From a virus (lineage: Duplodnaviria; Caudoviricetes), in IMG/VR virus record IMGVR_UViG_3300020166_000019, positions 1 to 64,000 of that record: a stretch of DNA of 64,000 bases; one strand, given 5' to 3'. The translations under genes were made by a program, and so were the position numbers. The notes beneath the pieces are model-generated. The model saw only the letters and a list, made by a program, of their open reading frames with translations. It was not told where the DNA came from and did not search any database. This document shows positions 16,164 through 26,583 of the stretch, in pieces; position 1 is the stretch's first letter; each line of letters opens with the position of its first letter.

Positions 16164-17942
16164 TTAAACACTGGGTTCTAGTGTTTCTGTTTCTTGTGCA
16201 AATGTAGTGAACCCGTTTTCTTTAACTACATTCAATACATCACTAACTCTGCCTACAAGTTCATCTCTATGTGATACTAGAAATAGTGAACGTCCACTAT
16301 CTCTTACCATTTTCTTTAGTACTGCGAGTGATGCTTCAACACCATTGGTGTCCATTCCACTGTCAATAAGTTCATCAATGAATAATACATTGATTGTGCT
16401 ATACAGTGATTCGAATATATCACGGAATGCCCATGATAAACCTAGAATAAGTCTATTACGTTCTCCTCTTGATAAATTATCAAAATCTAAATCTCTGCCC
16501 AATTCTGTAATTTCTACAGATAAATCACTTTGGAATCGTACTTCGTGAGGAAGTCCTAACTTGTCCAAATATGTTTGTAGTCTTGTATTTAAAAAACTTA
16601 AATTCTGATCTATAATCTTCTTCCGAATAAAACTATCTTTGTTTGTTAATAATTTCATAAGAAACTCTTGATGTTCACGATATGAAATCAATGTGTTCAT
16701 ATTAGTATAGTCCAATTCTTCAAGTGCACTATCTCTCATTTCATTGATTTGATCTTCGTATGGATCTTCAGTCAGTTTTTTCTGTTCAATTTGTTCTTCT
16801 AGTAATCTAACTGAGTTTTGATGTTCGTATGCATCATTTACGGTTTTATAAAAAACTACAGGCTTAGTACCAAGTTCGCCAATTTCTGTGACAATAGTTT
16901 CATGTTCTACCAACTGTTTATTATTTTCAAGTAGATTACTGGTTGCTTCCTGCTTTTGTTCTTCTTTTGCAGCAAGAATACTTTCTTGTTTATCATCATG
17001 CATTTCTTGTCCACATGCATAGCAAGTATGTTCTTTTAATAATTTGATTTCGTTTTTTAGTTTTGCAATAACTTTTTCTTGTTTCGCATCGTCTATGTTG
17101 AGATTATTTATCCAACGAACTGCATCATCTAAACGAGTCTTCTTTTCATTGTACTCCAAAATCAGTATATGGTTTTTAATCTCTTCATCAATGTCTATAT
17201 GTGATAACGCATCTAGGCCTGTTTCTAGGTCTTCGATATCTGTAAAATGCTTCTGTGACCATACACGTTGTCTACGTTCAATATCTTTAATGGATTTTAA
17301 AATACGTCCATTGGCATCTTCAATGGATTTAAGACGATATTCTTCGTCTTTAATCCGTTCTTTGGTTAATTTGATATCATCGCGTAAGCATTCCGCCTTA
17401 CGAGATAGTTCAGTAATGCCTAGTAGTTCCTCAATAATATCACGCTGATCACCCGCTCTCATACTAAGAAATGGTTCAGTGTATGTATTTAGAGCAACAA
17501 TATGTTTAAACATTGAATGTGAAATACCAATAATTGAATCAACTTCAACTTGAGTTTGTCGCATCTCACCTTGTGCTTCATCCTCAATATTGTTGATTTC
17601 AACATTGTCACGTTTCAGTCTGAATACATTTGGTGAACGCCCACGTTCAATGCGATACTCACTACTGTTAAATTCAAAATCAACAGTAACTAACATGCCT
17701 TTACCATTAGTTTTATTAATAAGGTTATTCTTTTTAATATTAGTTAAAGCATTGCCATACAAACCATATGATAGTGCATTAATAAGTGTGGTCTTGCCAG
17801 TTCCATTCCGTGACCCATCTCCTCCCAAGTCTAGGTTATTACCTAAAACCAGTGATAATGAATCTCTTTCTAAGTCAATCGCTTGTGTGACATTGCCTAC
17901 ACTCATAAAATTACGAATAGTAATATTTTTTATCTTTAGCAA
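16164..17942 (-). CDS. gp46: Recombination nuclease ATPase subunit (gp46/SbcC/Rad50-like)
   Basis: Walker A NGTGKTT, CYACGQ zinc hook, LSRGE signature, LFIDE Walker B, LVSH. Likely TTG start at 17942. Confidence 0.93.
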   Translation of the reverse strand: MLKIKNITIRNFMSVGNVTQAIDLERDSLSLVLGNNLDLGGDGSRNGTGKTTLINALSYGLYGNALTNIKKNNLINKTNGKGMLVTVDFEFNSSEYRIERGRSPNVFRLKRDNVEINNIEDEAQGEMRQTQVEVDSIIGISHSMFKHIVALNTYTEPFLSMRAGDQRDIIEELLGITELSRKAECLRDDIKLTKERIKDEEYRLKSIEDANGRILKSIKDIERRQRVWSQKHFTDIEDLETGLDALSHIDIDEEIKNHILILEYNEKKTRLDDAVRWINNLNIDDAKQEKVIAKLKNEIKLLKEHTCYACGQEMHDDKQESILAAKEEQKQEATSNLLENNKQLVEHETIVTEIGELGTKPVVFYKTVNDAYEHQNSVRLLEEQIEQKKLTEDPYEDQINEMRDSALEELDYTNMNTLISYREHQEFLMKLLTNKDSFIRKKIIDQNLSFLNTRLQTYLDKLGLPHEVRFQSDLSVEITELGRDLDFDNLSRGERNRLILGLSWAFRDIFESLYSTINVLFIDELIDSGMDTNGVEASLAVLKKMVRDSGRSLFLVSHRDELVGRVSDVLNVVKENGFTTFAQETETLEPSV

Positions 17943-17949
17943 AAGTAAT

Positions 17950-18552
17950 CTACCTCTCTCTTGCAAATGTTCCTGTTTGAATTGGATCTAGACTGATCTC
18001 GTTTATATTAACATATTCCGGTTGAGAAAGCAACCATAAAATAATTTCTGCGATATACCTTGTATCAATAAGTTTTCTATCCGGATGTTTTTTAATCACA
18101 TTTGGAGTAGTCAGACTTCCAGGAGATAGCAATGTTGTCTTGACATTAGAACCTCCTATTGCCATATAAGATAAATCTCTGTTATAGTTTTTCAATGCTT
18201 TTTTTTCAGTTGGGTATCTCCATGTTCTGCCCTTTACACCAGTATCAGCAGTGCTTCCAATATGTATGAAATGTGCAGCGATATCTGCCTCAACTATACG
18301 ACTATACATTGTTTCGGCTAACAATGTCTGTTGAAATTTCCACATTGCAGAATTGTTTATGAATACATTGAAACCTTCTGAAATAAAAAAATCAGCGAGA
18401 TTGTCCTGATTTGACTTATTTGTTAATTCCCAGCCATTTGACCTAGAAACATTAGTATAATCAATATTATCCATATCATCAAAAATATAACATATTTCTT
18501 TACAAAGTCCATAGTCTTTATTACCTGTTATTAAAATTTTTTTATAATCCAT
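17950..18552 (-). CDS. Short-chain dehydrogenase/reductase
   Basis: ILITGNKDYGL Rossmann start, FINNSA, IGS, YPTEK (YxxxK), LSPG. Confidence 0.75.
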   Translation of the reverse strand: MDYKKILITGNKDYGLCKEICYIFDDMDNIDYTNVSRSNGWELTNKSNQDNLADFFISEGFNVFINNSAMWKFQQTLLAETMYSRIVEADIAAHFIHIGSTADTGVKGRTWRYPTEKKALKNYNRDLSYMAIGGSNVKTTLLSPGSLTTPNVIKKHPDRKLIDTRYIAEIILWLLSQPEYVNINEISLDPIQTGTFARER

Positions 18553-19555
18553 TATAAATCTCTATTAACACATTAGTATCATAACTACCATCTAATGATG
18601 TTAATTGTGATAGAACAATCTGATCTATAGTTTCAAAATGAATTTCTGCTGATGTATCTTCTTCGTGTTCACTTGATTTAACGGGTACTAGTGTTATATC
18701 ACGCAATGAATATGTTTCAATAAATGTATCTTTGATAAAATTAGCTTCTTCATAAGAAATATCAATATCAAGTGAAACTTTAATTGTTGACTTAGGTAGT
18801 AAATATTTGTCAGGATCATCTAATAATCTTGAAAGTTTTATTGTCTTATATTTAGGGGCATCTTTCCATGTAAAAAATTCAGGTTCATTGTCCCATTCTA
18901 GGAACATCCAACCACGTTCATCGTCCCATGCATCCGAAAAGTTATGCGGGAATGCATTACCAGTATAAATTATTTTATCTTTTATTTGACGTTGGTGGAA
19001 ATGTCCTGTGAACACATAATCTTGGTGAGCAAACATTTCTCGTTTTAAGCCACCGTGGTCAGGCATTTCTACCATAGCATTTAATTTAAATGTGGGAAGT
19101 TCAAAGTGACCAAACATATACTTGGATTTTATCTTTGGTACTTTCTTCCATTCATCGCCTACTAGCCAACTTACAAGAGCAACATCTCCTATCACTGTAG
19201 TATCATCTATAACTGTAATATTTTCAAATTCTTTAGCAAACTCCACGCTACTAACTTCTCGGCTCTCACGATAAAACAAATCATGGTTGCCTTTAATGAA
19301 GTATATATTATCGAATGCATCATTCAGTTTTCTCAAACTTTCAATTGAATATTTCATTGTTGATATGTTCAAACTAGCACGATTATGGTGCCAATCGCCA
19401 CCGAAGATGCATGTTTCGCATCCCTTTTCACGTGCTTGTTCAATAAACCAATCAACAAAATCACTACAATCTTTATTATGTTGTTGTGCGTTATTACGCA
19501 TTCCAAAATGTATATCTGTAAAGTATGCTAATTTTTTGAATAAATTATCATTCAT
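18542..19555 (-). CDS. gp47: Recombination endonuclease subunit (gp47/SbcD/Mre11-like)
   Basis: TDIHFG, GGDWHH, GNHD, GHFE and TGHFH metallophosphoesterase motifs. Confidence 0.93.
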   Translation of the reverse strand: MNDNLFKKLAYFTDIHFGMRNNAQQHNKDCSDFVDWFIEQAREKGCETCIFGGDWHHNRASLNISTMKYSIESLRKLNDAFDNIYFIKGNHDLFYRESREVSSVEFAKEFENITVIDDTTVIGDVALVSWLVGDEWKKVPKIKSKYMFGHFELPTFKLNAMVEMPDHGGLKREMFAHQDYVFTGHFHQRQIKDKIIYTGNAFPHNFSDAWDDERGWMFLEWDNEPEFFTWKDAPKYKTIKLSRLLDDPDKYLLPKSTIKVSLDIDISYEEANFIKDTFIETYSLRDITLVPVKSSEHEEDTSAEIHFETIDQIVLSQLTSLDGSYDTNVLIEIYNGL

Positions 19556-20438
19556 CGTCTGCGTAAATCTCTTTAATAGTTTCTGTTGGTATTTGTTCGT
19601 CTGTAATATTAGTTCTAATAATCTTCTTCCACCGTTCTTGAGATTTCATTTCATGTTCAAGTTGTCTTGTCCAACTAGGAGCCTGACCTGACTTCTCTAA
19701 GAGATCATCTCTAATGCCTTGATTTTTCTTCTCAATATTAAGAACACGTGTAAATGAATTATTAACTGCTGCAGTGTAGTAAGCAAATGGATTATCTGAT
19801 TTTGCTTCATTAAACTGTAGACCAATCTGTGTCAACTGTAGTAAGGCTTGTCCTCTCATTTCATCAATATATGTGTAACCACGCCAGTTGCCACGCTGTG
19901 AATAACGTTCTACCAGTTTAATATACATATTTGCTAATGTAGCAGTAATTTTACCAGATGTCAAGTCAAATTCTTTATCTTTATTGTGATGAGATATGCC
20001 TACTTCGGCAACTTCGCCATTTCTAAGAATATAATGCTTGTACGGTGGAAAGTTTAATTTAACTTTGTGATCTGCTACTGTTTTGGGATTTAGTTTTCTT
20101 CCTGGTTCATCCGGAATATGTTCAAATGTCATAACACGAAATACCAATTCTTCTTCATTAAATGAAGATGCATCTACAGAAAAATCAATTTGTTTTTTCT
20201 TTTTATCTGTGTTCAAATCCCATGCTGCTTTTTGAATACGTGCTGCCCTTGTATTCCTCGCTACTTCTATTAATGAATTTAGTTCTGTTTTTATATCAAG
20301 TTCGCCAGAAACATTATCAATGATTACATCAAATTGATTGTATAGGTCATGATCTTCAAACCATGAAAAATTTGATTTAGAAATATGAATCTGCTTTAGC
20401 ATATCTCTGTTATTTAAGTAGTTTTGCCGTCTGGCCAT
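19548..20438 (-). CDS. gp55: Late-transcription sigma factor (gp55-like)
   Basis: YLNNRDML, NWRGYTYIDEM, FNEAKSDNPFAYYT, NIEKKNQ; adjacent to gp47 as in T4. Confidence 0.85.
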   Translation of the reverse strand: MARRQNYLNNRDMLKQIHISKSNFSWFEDHDLYNQFDVIIDNVSGELDIKTELNSLIEVARNTRAARIQKAAWDLNTDKKKKQIDFSVDASSFNEEELVFRVMTFEHIPDEPGRKLNPKTVADHKVKLNFPPYKHYILRNGEVAEVGISHHNKDKEFDLTSGKITATLANMYIKLVERYSQRGNWRGYTYIDEMRGQALLQLTQIGLQFNEAKSDNPFAYYTAAVNNSFTRVLNIEKKNQGIRDDLLEKSGQAPSWTRQLEHEMKSQERWKKIIRTNITDEQIPTETIKEIYADDE

Positions 20439-20466
20439 TTTTGTAGTCTCCTAATAAGTTAATATT

Positions 20467-20495
20467 ATTATACATTCTTTTTATTTATTTGTCAA
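20467..20495 (-). promoter_or_regulatory. Consensus sigma70 promoter for gp55-gp47-SDR-gp46
   Basis: TTGACA-17 nt-TATAAT, exact consensus. Confidence 0.8.
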
Positions 20496-20511
20496 CCTAT
20501 TTAATATATTC

Positions 20512-20544
20512 CAAATATACGTAGTTTATATTGTGATAAATACT
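20512..20544 (+). promoter_or_regulatory. Late promoter with a conserved 19-bp upstream element (copy 1)
   Basis: CAAATATACGTAGTTTATA-ttg-TGATAAATACT; same arrangement at 30150. Confidence 0.7.
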
Positions 20545-20567
20545 GATGTAATATAGGAGAAACAGTT

Positions 20568-21314
20568 ATGGCGTACAATCCATACAACGATCATCAGCCT
20601 GTTAATATCATTGATCCAAGTGATCGATTGCTATTTAGTGGAATACGAAAGTTTAACTTTCCGTATACCCCAACCATTAGTAATATGATTAATACAAATT
20701 ATACACAGGCTACTACAACTCACTCAAATTTTCAACAAGCATTCTTCGAATCTGCAGCAAATGCAACATTTTCTGTAACTGCACCTATATTGATTGAGAA
20801 TGAGGCCCAGGCATATCATATTTTAAGAGCATTGGACTTTTTTAGAGGTTCGATGAAAATGAGATTTGGTAAGATGGATAATCAACGTGGCTTGCCTCCC
20901 CCAGTATTGAGATTTAATGCACATGGTGTATTTCAAAATGTTCCTGTTGTGTTAACTGATTTTACATATAACTTGGATGCTGATGTATCTTATATAGAAA
21001 TAGATAATAAAAATACTGTACCACCGCAAGCGGGAGGAAATCGTCGAGACTCGACGATTTTAAATCGTCGAGGCGAAGTTCATGAGATATTAAGAAGAAA
21101 TGAACGTAGACCGGTAGAAGATGGCGTTATGACTGCAGAAGGAAAACTTAGTACACAAAATTCTAGTGGCACACCAGATGAAAAAATTAGATTACCAGTC
21201 AGTGGGGTCTTTGTATTTTCATTAATGGCTACATATTCTCCTAAGAATATAAGAGAGAATTTTACATTACAGGAATATCTTAGAGGAAATTTGAGAGGCA
21301 AAGGTTATGTATGA
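20568..21314 (+). CDS. Baseplate tail-tube initiator/cap protein (gp48/gp54-like)
   Basis: FPYTPTI, GLPPPVLRFNAHG.FQNVPVVLTDF; first gene of the baseplate operon. Confidence 0.6.
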   Translation: MAYNPYNDHQPVNIIDPSDRLLFSGIRKFNFPYTPTISNMINTNYTQATTTHSNFQQAFFESAANATFSVTAPILIENEAQAYHILRALDFFRGSMKMRFGKMDNQRGLPPPVLRFNAHGVFQNVPVVLTDFTYNLDADVSYIEIDNKNTVPPQAGGNRRDSTILNRRGEVHEILRRNERRPVEDGVMTAEGKLSTQNSSGTPDEKIRLPVSGVFVFSLMATYSPKNIRENFTLQEYLRGNLRGKGYV

Positions 21315-21597
21315 TAACAAATCACCATGGAGAAACACTCCAATATTATTTAATAAATTTTTAGATATACAAAAACCTAGATTTATAATTAAAGATCCAA
21401 TGGATATGGAATATACAATTCCACAAAGATTGAATAATAGACCTGATCTGTTGAGTTATGAGGAATATGGTACATCTAAATATTGGTGGGTATTCGCACA
21501 GCGTAACCCAGATTCTATACAAGATCCAATCAATGATTTTATTGCCGGCAAGACAATAAGAATACCTAGCAAAAATAATATAGATAGAATGGGCTAA
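21307..21597 (+). CDS. Baseplate wedge LysM-like protein (gp53-like)
   Basis: RPDLLSYEEYGTSKYWWVFAQRN...GKTIRIP. Confidence 0.8.
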   Translation: MYDNKSPWRNTPILFNKFLDIQKPRFIIKDPMDMEYTIPQRLNNRPDLLSYEEYGTSKYWWVFAQRNPDSIQDPINDFIAGKTIRIPSKNNIDRMG

Positions 21598-21600
21598 AAA

Positions 21601-24600
21601 ATGGCAGATGTTGCTAGAAATATAAGAAACAACAATCCTGGTAATATTAGAATTGGTAGCAACGATTGGGATGGTACTATTGAAGGAATTGATAACGAAT
21701 TTGTAACTTTTGCTACTCCTTCGATGGGAGTTAGAGCGATGGTTAAAACTTTATATACATACCAAGATAGACATAATTTATCTAATGTGAGAGAAATAAT
21801 ATCACGATGGGCACCATACGGAGAAAATGATACTGGTGCTTATATAGATTTTGTTTCTAAGAGAATGGGAATTGACCCTGATAAATCAATAGATTTAAAA
21901 ATAGATACTGATATTACTAAAAAACTAGTAAGCGCAATGATTCAAAAAGAAGGCGGCAATGACGCAACTGAATATTTTAAATCTCATGTTGAAAAAGGTA
22001 TACTACTAGCATCCACAACAGTAGAACCCGCAGCAAAAATACCTGCTACTACACCAAATACGACACAAACATCAAGACAAATTCCACCTGGCAGGGAACG
22101 AGAATCAGCCCCACGGTTAAATGAACTTGCTGATTTGGTTAATACGGATACAACAGATAGTGAAAGACCACAGTTAAATAAAGATAATGCATTCTTTAGT
22201 GCAAGTAATTTTTCAACACTACAAGAAATTATAAATGCTGCTGAAAAAAATAATATCTTCTGGGATAATGAACTTGATAATTATGAAAATTATTCATATA
22301 ACATAGAATTATTTATGGTCCCTAAAAATGATGCTAACGAGTTTAATAGATATAGATTAAGTACGTTTGAAACTGTTATAAAAGGTGGATGGCCAGGGGA
22401 TGACGTGGATTCAATCACTATAGCAAAAACTGCAACATCAACAGAATTTAATATAGAAAATTTAACTTTAGAAAATCTAGGTACAGGTTCTGGATCAGTT
22501 GCCAAAATGGTGGGGGTTGATAATCATCTTTCTTTTGATATAGTTCAAATTGGAAATACCGATCTCAATGATACTCTTCAAACTTGTGCAAATCTTATGG
22601 GATATCCAAGTATTGCAACTGCGGTTTATTTTATTAAAATCACGTATAAAGGATATGATATAGATAATCCTAAAAACTCTACCAGTTTACCATTGGTTAA
22701 AGTTGTGCCATTTTTATTAACTAGTCTAAATGAAATTTCTACCACCACGAGTTCAACAGGTACTACTACTAGTTTGACAGGAACAGCAGTTAATTATCTT
22801 GCAGCAACTCATACTATCAATACAACAAAACATGACATGACATTTGCCATTAAGCCTACACTGAATGAAACTCTTGATTCTTTTATTACAGAGTTAAACA
22901 AATCTTCTTTTAAAGGAACAAGTTATAATGCAGAATCGGAATCTAATTATGTAGATAGTTTTAATTTTGTTTTTAGTACAGATTTCAAAGAAAGATTCGC
23001 AGAATCTAAAGTAAATAATACCTTAGCAAATAAAAGTGCAGCAAATAATGATATTGCACGTAGAGCAAATGGGTTTAATATTGCAGAACAGATTGGACAA
23101 ACAACTGCTGGTATTAGTATTGCTCATTTAATCTATGATATCTGTATTCAATCATCTGATGTTAAAAACGCACTTCTAGTTAAAAGTCCAGGCTTTTCAT
23201 ATGCAGTCCGAATAATTCCAGAAGTTGTAATAAAAGAACATAATATGGTTACGAACAAAACAGCATACGATGTAACTTATTTTATAACTATGCATCGTGA
23301 AATAATAATACAGGATGTAGTTGACCAAAGTATAAAAATTTCTGAGACACGTAAATTACTAAGTGAAGTATTTGATAAGGGAAGATGCAGAAAGTTATAT
23401 TATTATGAGTATACTGGACTAAACGACCAGATATTAGACTTAACTATTTCTTTGGATCGGCAACTTATAAAAAGCTATGGAGCACCAGGTGATGAATTAT
23501 CATGGAATAGGTTCTTAAAAGGTAACACTGACTTGAGTAAATTATTAACTGCAGAACAGTTTTCTAAATACCGTGAATTAACTGGATTAACAAATAAACT
23601 TAATAATAAATTAAAAAAACAAAGCACTGATTTAGAACAAAAAAATGCAGATTTAAAAATCAGACAAGATAAGTTATTTCAGCGTACTCGACAATCAATG
23701 ATTGATAGAGAATTTAATACGGTTAGGTCGCCGGACGGGGCACAAGATGTTATGCAGCGATATCAGGACATTGGTGATAGTTACTCTAGCATGGCTGAAT
23801 TACAAAGACTTAATCCGGAATTGTTTAATGAAGTTCAAAAAGCAAATCAAGCTGATGATCTTAGATCAATCGGCTTAGCAAAAAGTGCTATTGAAAACGC
23901 TAATACTATAATTTCTAACACTAAATCAAGTATTAGTAATACTAATAAAAGTATTGTAGAACTGGAAAATACTACAAAAGAAAGACTAGGAATTTTAATA
24001 AATGAAAAACATCTAAAAAAACAAAACGAGTTTAATAAAAGTATTCGTTCTAATTTATTAAAACCATTAAATAATATATCTCTTGCTGAGGAATTGGGTT
24101 CTAATTTATTAGCAGATATTAATAAATTATCTGATACTGAATTTTCATCAATGATGGATGCAATTTCACTTAATAGTATTACATTTGAACGTGATGTTTT
24201 ATCACACTTTAGAAACGGTACTAGTGTTGCTTCATTTAGTTCTACTGATAGATCAAATGTAGATTTGGCTAGAAGTAAATTTTATGAATCTCTTGATGCT
24301 GATTTAAGTATGCAGCGTCTAAGCATGACAATTAAAGGTGATCCATTTTGGGTAGAGTATTATGTATCAGAGGAAACAAAACAAGAGAAATTCGGCACAA
24401 AGAATAGTTTAGATGATAATAAAGGGCATCTTTCAAATGTTAATGGAACTAATTTTCTTATGCTAGTTGTTAACAAAGCAGATGGTGTAGATGAATTTGA
24501 TAATATAAAAATTGATAATTTGGATATATTTTTATATATGGTTAAAAAGATACATAGTAAATTTAGTGGAGGACAATTTACACAAACCTTAGAATGTATT

Positions 24601-26580
24601 CGACAACCTATCCCATCAAACTTTAAATCGACCACTTTTGCGACTGGTATGGTAGATGGTGAAGGTGATAATATTAATAGTCGCGCAAATAACAATCTAT
24701 TTGATTTTGGTCCAGGTGGGGAGTTTGGAGGCGGTGTCAATCGCATAGGTGGCGGCAGAGGAAGTGATCCTAGTGTATTTGGTGATCCGTCCGGCCCAGG
24801 TGGAAATGATATAACTGGAAATGGTTTAACATCACCGCTATCTGATAGCGGCGTTGCTGAAGTTGGCAGAGGTGGCTCCTTAGATCCTAGGATTGTAGCT
24901 GAAAATAGTTTTAACAGAATGTCGGGCGCGTTATCTACACTTGCTACTACTATATCTGAATCTTCTTTGCCATCTGCTGACCAAGCATCTAGGCTGACAT
25001 CATTAATGAATGAAGCACAAATGGCCAGTAACTTTGGTTCTACCAGTGCAACAACCGCTGTTGCAAATGTAAAATCATTGATGCTAGATACCTTTGGTAC
25101 ACCCGAAGAGGCAAGTTTAATTTTACAAGAGTTAACTGATGATGGAGAAATAGTATCACCAGAATTAATAGCAATGTTAAATACACAGGTGTATGATGGT
25201 GAAACAGTTACTAATCCTACAGGGGTTGATGCAGCAGCAGTACTTGAAGTTATGACAGAGATTACAAATATTAATAATTTAAATACTAGTAGTGTCGATG
25301 AGATAGCATTGGATGTACCAGAATATATGACCCCAGTTGTAGATACTAGCATTGCAAATACTACTCCTCCTACAGGCATTAAATTGTCAAATTCTAACAT
25401 GATGTTAGATGGTTCACTTCCATTAGAGTCAACTGAAACATATTCTGATCCTGGAACTATACAAGTCGATACTAATTTAGAACAATTAGAATCATTAGAC
25501 TTGCCTAGTGAAGTAGTAAGTGGTTATAAAGATGCGCTGGAAACTAGGAATGGAATAACGGTAAGAAAATATATAGATAGTCTACCACAAGACCAAGCAG
25601 AATTATTGAATTCTATTGATAATCCTTATACTGTTAAAACACTTCCATATGATGCACCAACTATCGCAACGATAGCAGCAACTCCTTTAAAAACACCCAG
25701 AGAGGCAATTATGCAAGCAAGAATTGAAGATGCACAGACACAAATGATAGCACAAGCGGGCGGAAGTTATAATAATTTATCTGCTGATGAAAAACGTCAT
25801 TACGAAAATTTGAGTGATGCGTATGATGCGATTGATGAAGCCGCACAATTGGATCCCATTCGCAATGAGTCTAAACTACTTAAAATTAATGATGAGTTAG
25901 ATAAATCTATCAGAATATACAATGACATATTAGCAGGCGGTGACAGTGAATGGAGTTGGAATGAAAAACAAGCAGAAATAAAACAGGAAGAAAAAGATCA
26001 AGCAAAAGATAATGTAGCAGATTTATCTATTGATTCAGTCCAACCTGGTGCCAAAGAGGTTAGGGTTAATGCTGATGGTACAACTAGTGTGATTTTAGAT
26101 TCAACGTTGCCTACTAGTCCCAGTGAAGGTTATACTCTGCCTATTAATACTATTATTAATTCCATGGACGATACATTTGTTCCAACAGATGCACATATTG
26201 CTCAGTTTGAAGATGCACACCTAACACTTGGCAAATTGACCGGTCGGGTAGAGGAGGTGCAAATTAAAATAATACAACCTGATGGTACAATAATTGATGG
26301 TTGGGGAGTAAGTGTACGACCTGATCCTGCATTACTTGAAGAATATGGTTTTAATAGTGGGGTATTTTCAGAAGGTGAAACTGTAAGCGAAGATGACCCT
26401 AGATTTACTTTTATGACTAGGACTGATTTAAACAATATAAAACAACTAGTTGCTGATAAGTATCCATTAGTTGACCTACTGAACAATTTAAGTGAAGAAG
26501 AAATGTCAGAAGAAACCAAAGCCACGAGAATTAAAATCGCCATAGACCCATTTATAATTATTGAAGGCGATGAGGAATAA
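21601..26580 (+). CDS. Large baseplate hub protein with an N-terminal lysozyme-like domain
   Basis: N-terminal RNIRNNNPGNIR...IISRWAP..END..AY lysozyme-like domain. Central hub-like YEYTGLNDQILD and IKGDPFW...HSKFSGGQFTQTL. Long acidic C-terminus. Confidence 0.65.
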   Translation: MADVARNIRNNNPGNIRIGSNDWDGTIEGIDNEFVTFATPSMGVRAMVKTLYTYQDRHNLSNVREIISRWAPYGENDTGAYIDFVSKRMGIDPDKSIDLKIDTDITKKLVSAMIQKEGGNDATEYFKSHVEKGILLASTTVEPAAKIPATTPNTTQTSRQIPPGRERESAPRLNELADLVNTDTTDSERPQLNKDNAFFSASNFSTLQEIINAAEKNNIFWDNELDNYENYSYNIELFMVPKNDANEFNRYRLSTFETVIKGGWPGDDVDSITIAKTATSTEFNIENLTLENLGTGSGSVAKMVGVDNHLSFDIVQIGNTDLNDTLQTCANLMGYPSIATAVYFIKITYKGYDIDNPKNSTSLPLVKVVPFLLTSLNEISTTTSSTGTTTSLTGTAVNYLAATHTINTTKHDMTFAIKPTLNETLDSFITELNKSSFKGTSYNAESESNYVDSFNFVFSTDFKERFAESKVNNTLANKSAANNDIARRANGFNIAEQIGQTTAGISIAHLIYDICIQSSDVKNALLVKSPGFSYAVRIIPEVVIKEHNMVTNKTAYDVTYFITMHREIIIQDVVDQSIKISETRKLLSEVFDKGRCRKLYYYEYTGLNDQILDLTISLDRQLIKSYGAPGDELSWNRFLKGNTDLSKLLTAEQFSKYRELTGLTNKLNNKLKKQSTDLEQKNADLKIRQDKLFQRTRQSMIDREFNTVRSPDGAQDVMQRYQDIGDSYSSMAELQRLNPELFNEVQKANQADDLRSIGLAKSAIENANTIISNTKSSISNTNKSIVELENTTKERLGILINEKHLKKQNEFNKSIRSNLLKPLNNISLAEELGSNLLADINKLSDTEFSSMMDAISLNSITFERDVLSHFRNGTSVASFSSTDRSNVDLARSKFYESLDADLSMQRLSMTIKGDPFWVEYYVSEETKQEKFGTKNSLDDNKGHLSNVNGTNFLMLVVNKADGVDEFDNIKIDNLDIFLYMVKKIHSKFSGGQFTQTLECIRQPIPSNFKSTTFATGMVDGEGDNINSRANNNLFDFGPGGEFGGGVNRIGGGRGSDPSVFGDPSGPGGNDITGNGLTSPLSDSGVAEVGRGGSLDPRIVAENSFNRMSGALSTLATTISESSLPSADQASRLTSLMNEAQMASNFGSTSATTAVANVKSLMLDTFGTPEEASLILQELTDDGEIVSPELIAMLNTQVYDGETVTNPTGVDAAAVLEVMTEITNINNLNTSSVDEIALDVPEYMTPVVDTSIANTTPPTGIKLSNSNMMLDGSLPLESTETYSDPGTIQVDTNLEQLESLDLPSEVVSGYKDALETRNGITVRKYIDSLPQDQAELLNSIDNPYTVKTLPYDAPTIATIAATPLKTPREAIMQARIEDAQTQMIAQAGGSYNNLSADEKRHYENLSDAYDAIDEAAQLDPIRNESKLLKINDELDKSIRIYNDILAGGDSEWSWNEKQAEIKQEEKDQAKDNVADLSIDSVQPGAKEVRVNADGTTSVILDSTLPTSPSEGYTLPINTIINSMDDTFVPTDAHIAQFEDAHLTLGKLTGRVEEVQIKIIQPDGTIIDGWGVSVRPDPALLEEYGFNSGVFSEGETVSEDDPRFTFMTRTDLNNIKQLVADKYPLVDLLNNLSEEEMSEETKATRIKIAIDPFIIIEGDEE

Positions 26581-26583
26581 AAA

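Noticed and set aside
24360-25400. 346-aa minus-strand ORF
   Set aside because: Antisense to the 1659-aa hub gene; composition is explained by the sense strand.
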